From Chiloscyllium plagiosum (Eukaryota): DNA of 64,000 bases. The translations under genes were made by a program, and so were the position numbers. The stretch spans positions 11,036,507 to 11,100,506 of the forward strand of contig NC_057719.1 of assembly GCF_004010195.1 (NCBI RefSeq). The letters are read 5' to 3'. The number at the start of each line of letters is the position of its first letter. The first letter of the stretch is position 1. Shown piece after piece: positions 62,930 through 64,000 of this stretch. The notes beneath the pieces were generated by a model. That model was not told where the DNA came from and did no database searches. It saw only the letters and a list, made by a program, of their open reading frames with translations.

Positions 62930-64000
62930 GAAGAACACGAAGTGCCAAGCCAAGAAAGGTGGAAACTGACCTTTGTGCTAAACCAAAGATGTACCCTGCA
63001 AGCTTTGTTTTCTTTGCAAACATATTAAATTCCTCTCATAATTGAATTTGCTACCACTACACTCTCAGACAATCCAGGCCACAATTCGTTGCATTAAAAA
63101 AAGGCCCCTCATTCCACCTCTGAATCTTACCTTTTAGCTAATTACTGTACTTTAATCCTGGATCCTCTGGAACAACCCACCTGCCACTACAACAGCTCTT
63201 TCTTTTTTGCTCTGTTAAAAAACGCCTCAGAATTTTGAACATCACAATTATCAGCTCCAAGGAGAACAATTTCAGCATCACTACGCTCTCCATTTAGATA
63301 CAAAATTTTGCAGACAGCAGAGCAGAGCTTGGGTATCTCGGCCACTGGAAATCAGAGGTGTAACCCGTGCCCATCATTTAGCAAGTAGCTGAGGAACAGA
63401 GTATTGGCAGTGGGCCCGGCAACGTGTCACCTTCCTGCTCCCAATTGCAGTAAGTTAATGAATGATGAACGGCATTTACCAGACTTGTCAGAGTGGACAA
63501 ATAAAATGTGCCCCAGATAACCACCCAGGTACCATTAATCATGTCCTCCCATTTGCTGCAGAGAGTTTCAAAGGTCTTTTGTTTTCCTGTATTGACTGCA
63601 TCATGAAAGGACAGGACTCCTCCCATTAGCCAATTTCTGTTGATAAGCTTGAGATGTGCTAATTGCTGCCCAGTCCTGTTCACACAGTGCACTAACAGTA
63701 CTGCAGAAACTGCACTCATGTCCCTTAGCACAATATGTAATATTAATTTAATTGATAGCCTCTGGATGGCTCGAAGCAATTTATAGTTAAGGAACTACTT
63801 TTAAAGTATAGTCACTGTTATTGGAAGGTTGGCCAATTTGCATAAAGTTAACTCCCACGGACAGTAATAATATAATTGCAGCAATCTGTCTGCTTACAAT
63901 GTTGGTGAGGAATAAGCATTGGCAAAAACACTAGAGATAACAAAATAGGTATACGGTATATTTTACATCCACATAAAAAGACAGAAGTTCCTGAGTTGAT

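Noticed and set aside
1..64000. CRISPR array or prokaryotic defence system
   Set aside because: No regularly spaced repeat-spacer array or operon-like ORFs; the recurring palindromes are dispersed PLE termini in eukaryotic DNA.

Overview
Repeat-rich vertebrate intronic DNA, almost certainly from a shark, judging by HE1-type V-SINEs and HER1/CR1 LINEs. It contains three N-gaps. The only host coding sequence I can support is two consecutive minus-strand exons of ADCK1 (33183-33341, 159 bp; 28932-29048, 117 bp), both phase 0 with AG/GT ends. The rest of the window is probably ADCK1 intron. It is filled with CR1 LINE fragments, tRNA-derived SINEs, Gypsy LTR remnants, a Tigger-like MITE, a 5'-truncated Tx1-clade LINE and many Penelope-like element (PLE) termini. 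Main observations: (1) the PLE termini carry minimal type I hammerhead ribozyme motifs from at least three families, with covarying helices and some intact cores on the ADCK1 sense strand; (2) the Tx1 LINE sits in a Gypsy LTR and carries a second, divergent copy of its own target site, suggesting LTR-targeted integration; (3) several local inverted or templated duplications. Repeat boundaries are by-eye approximations.
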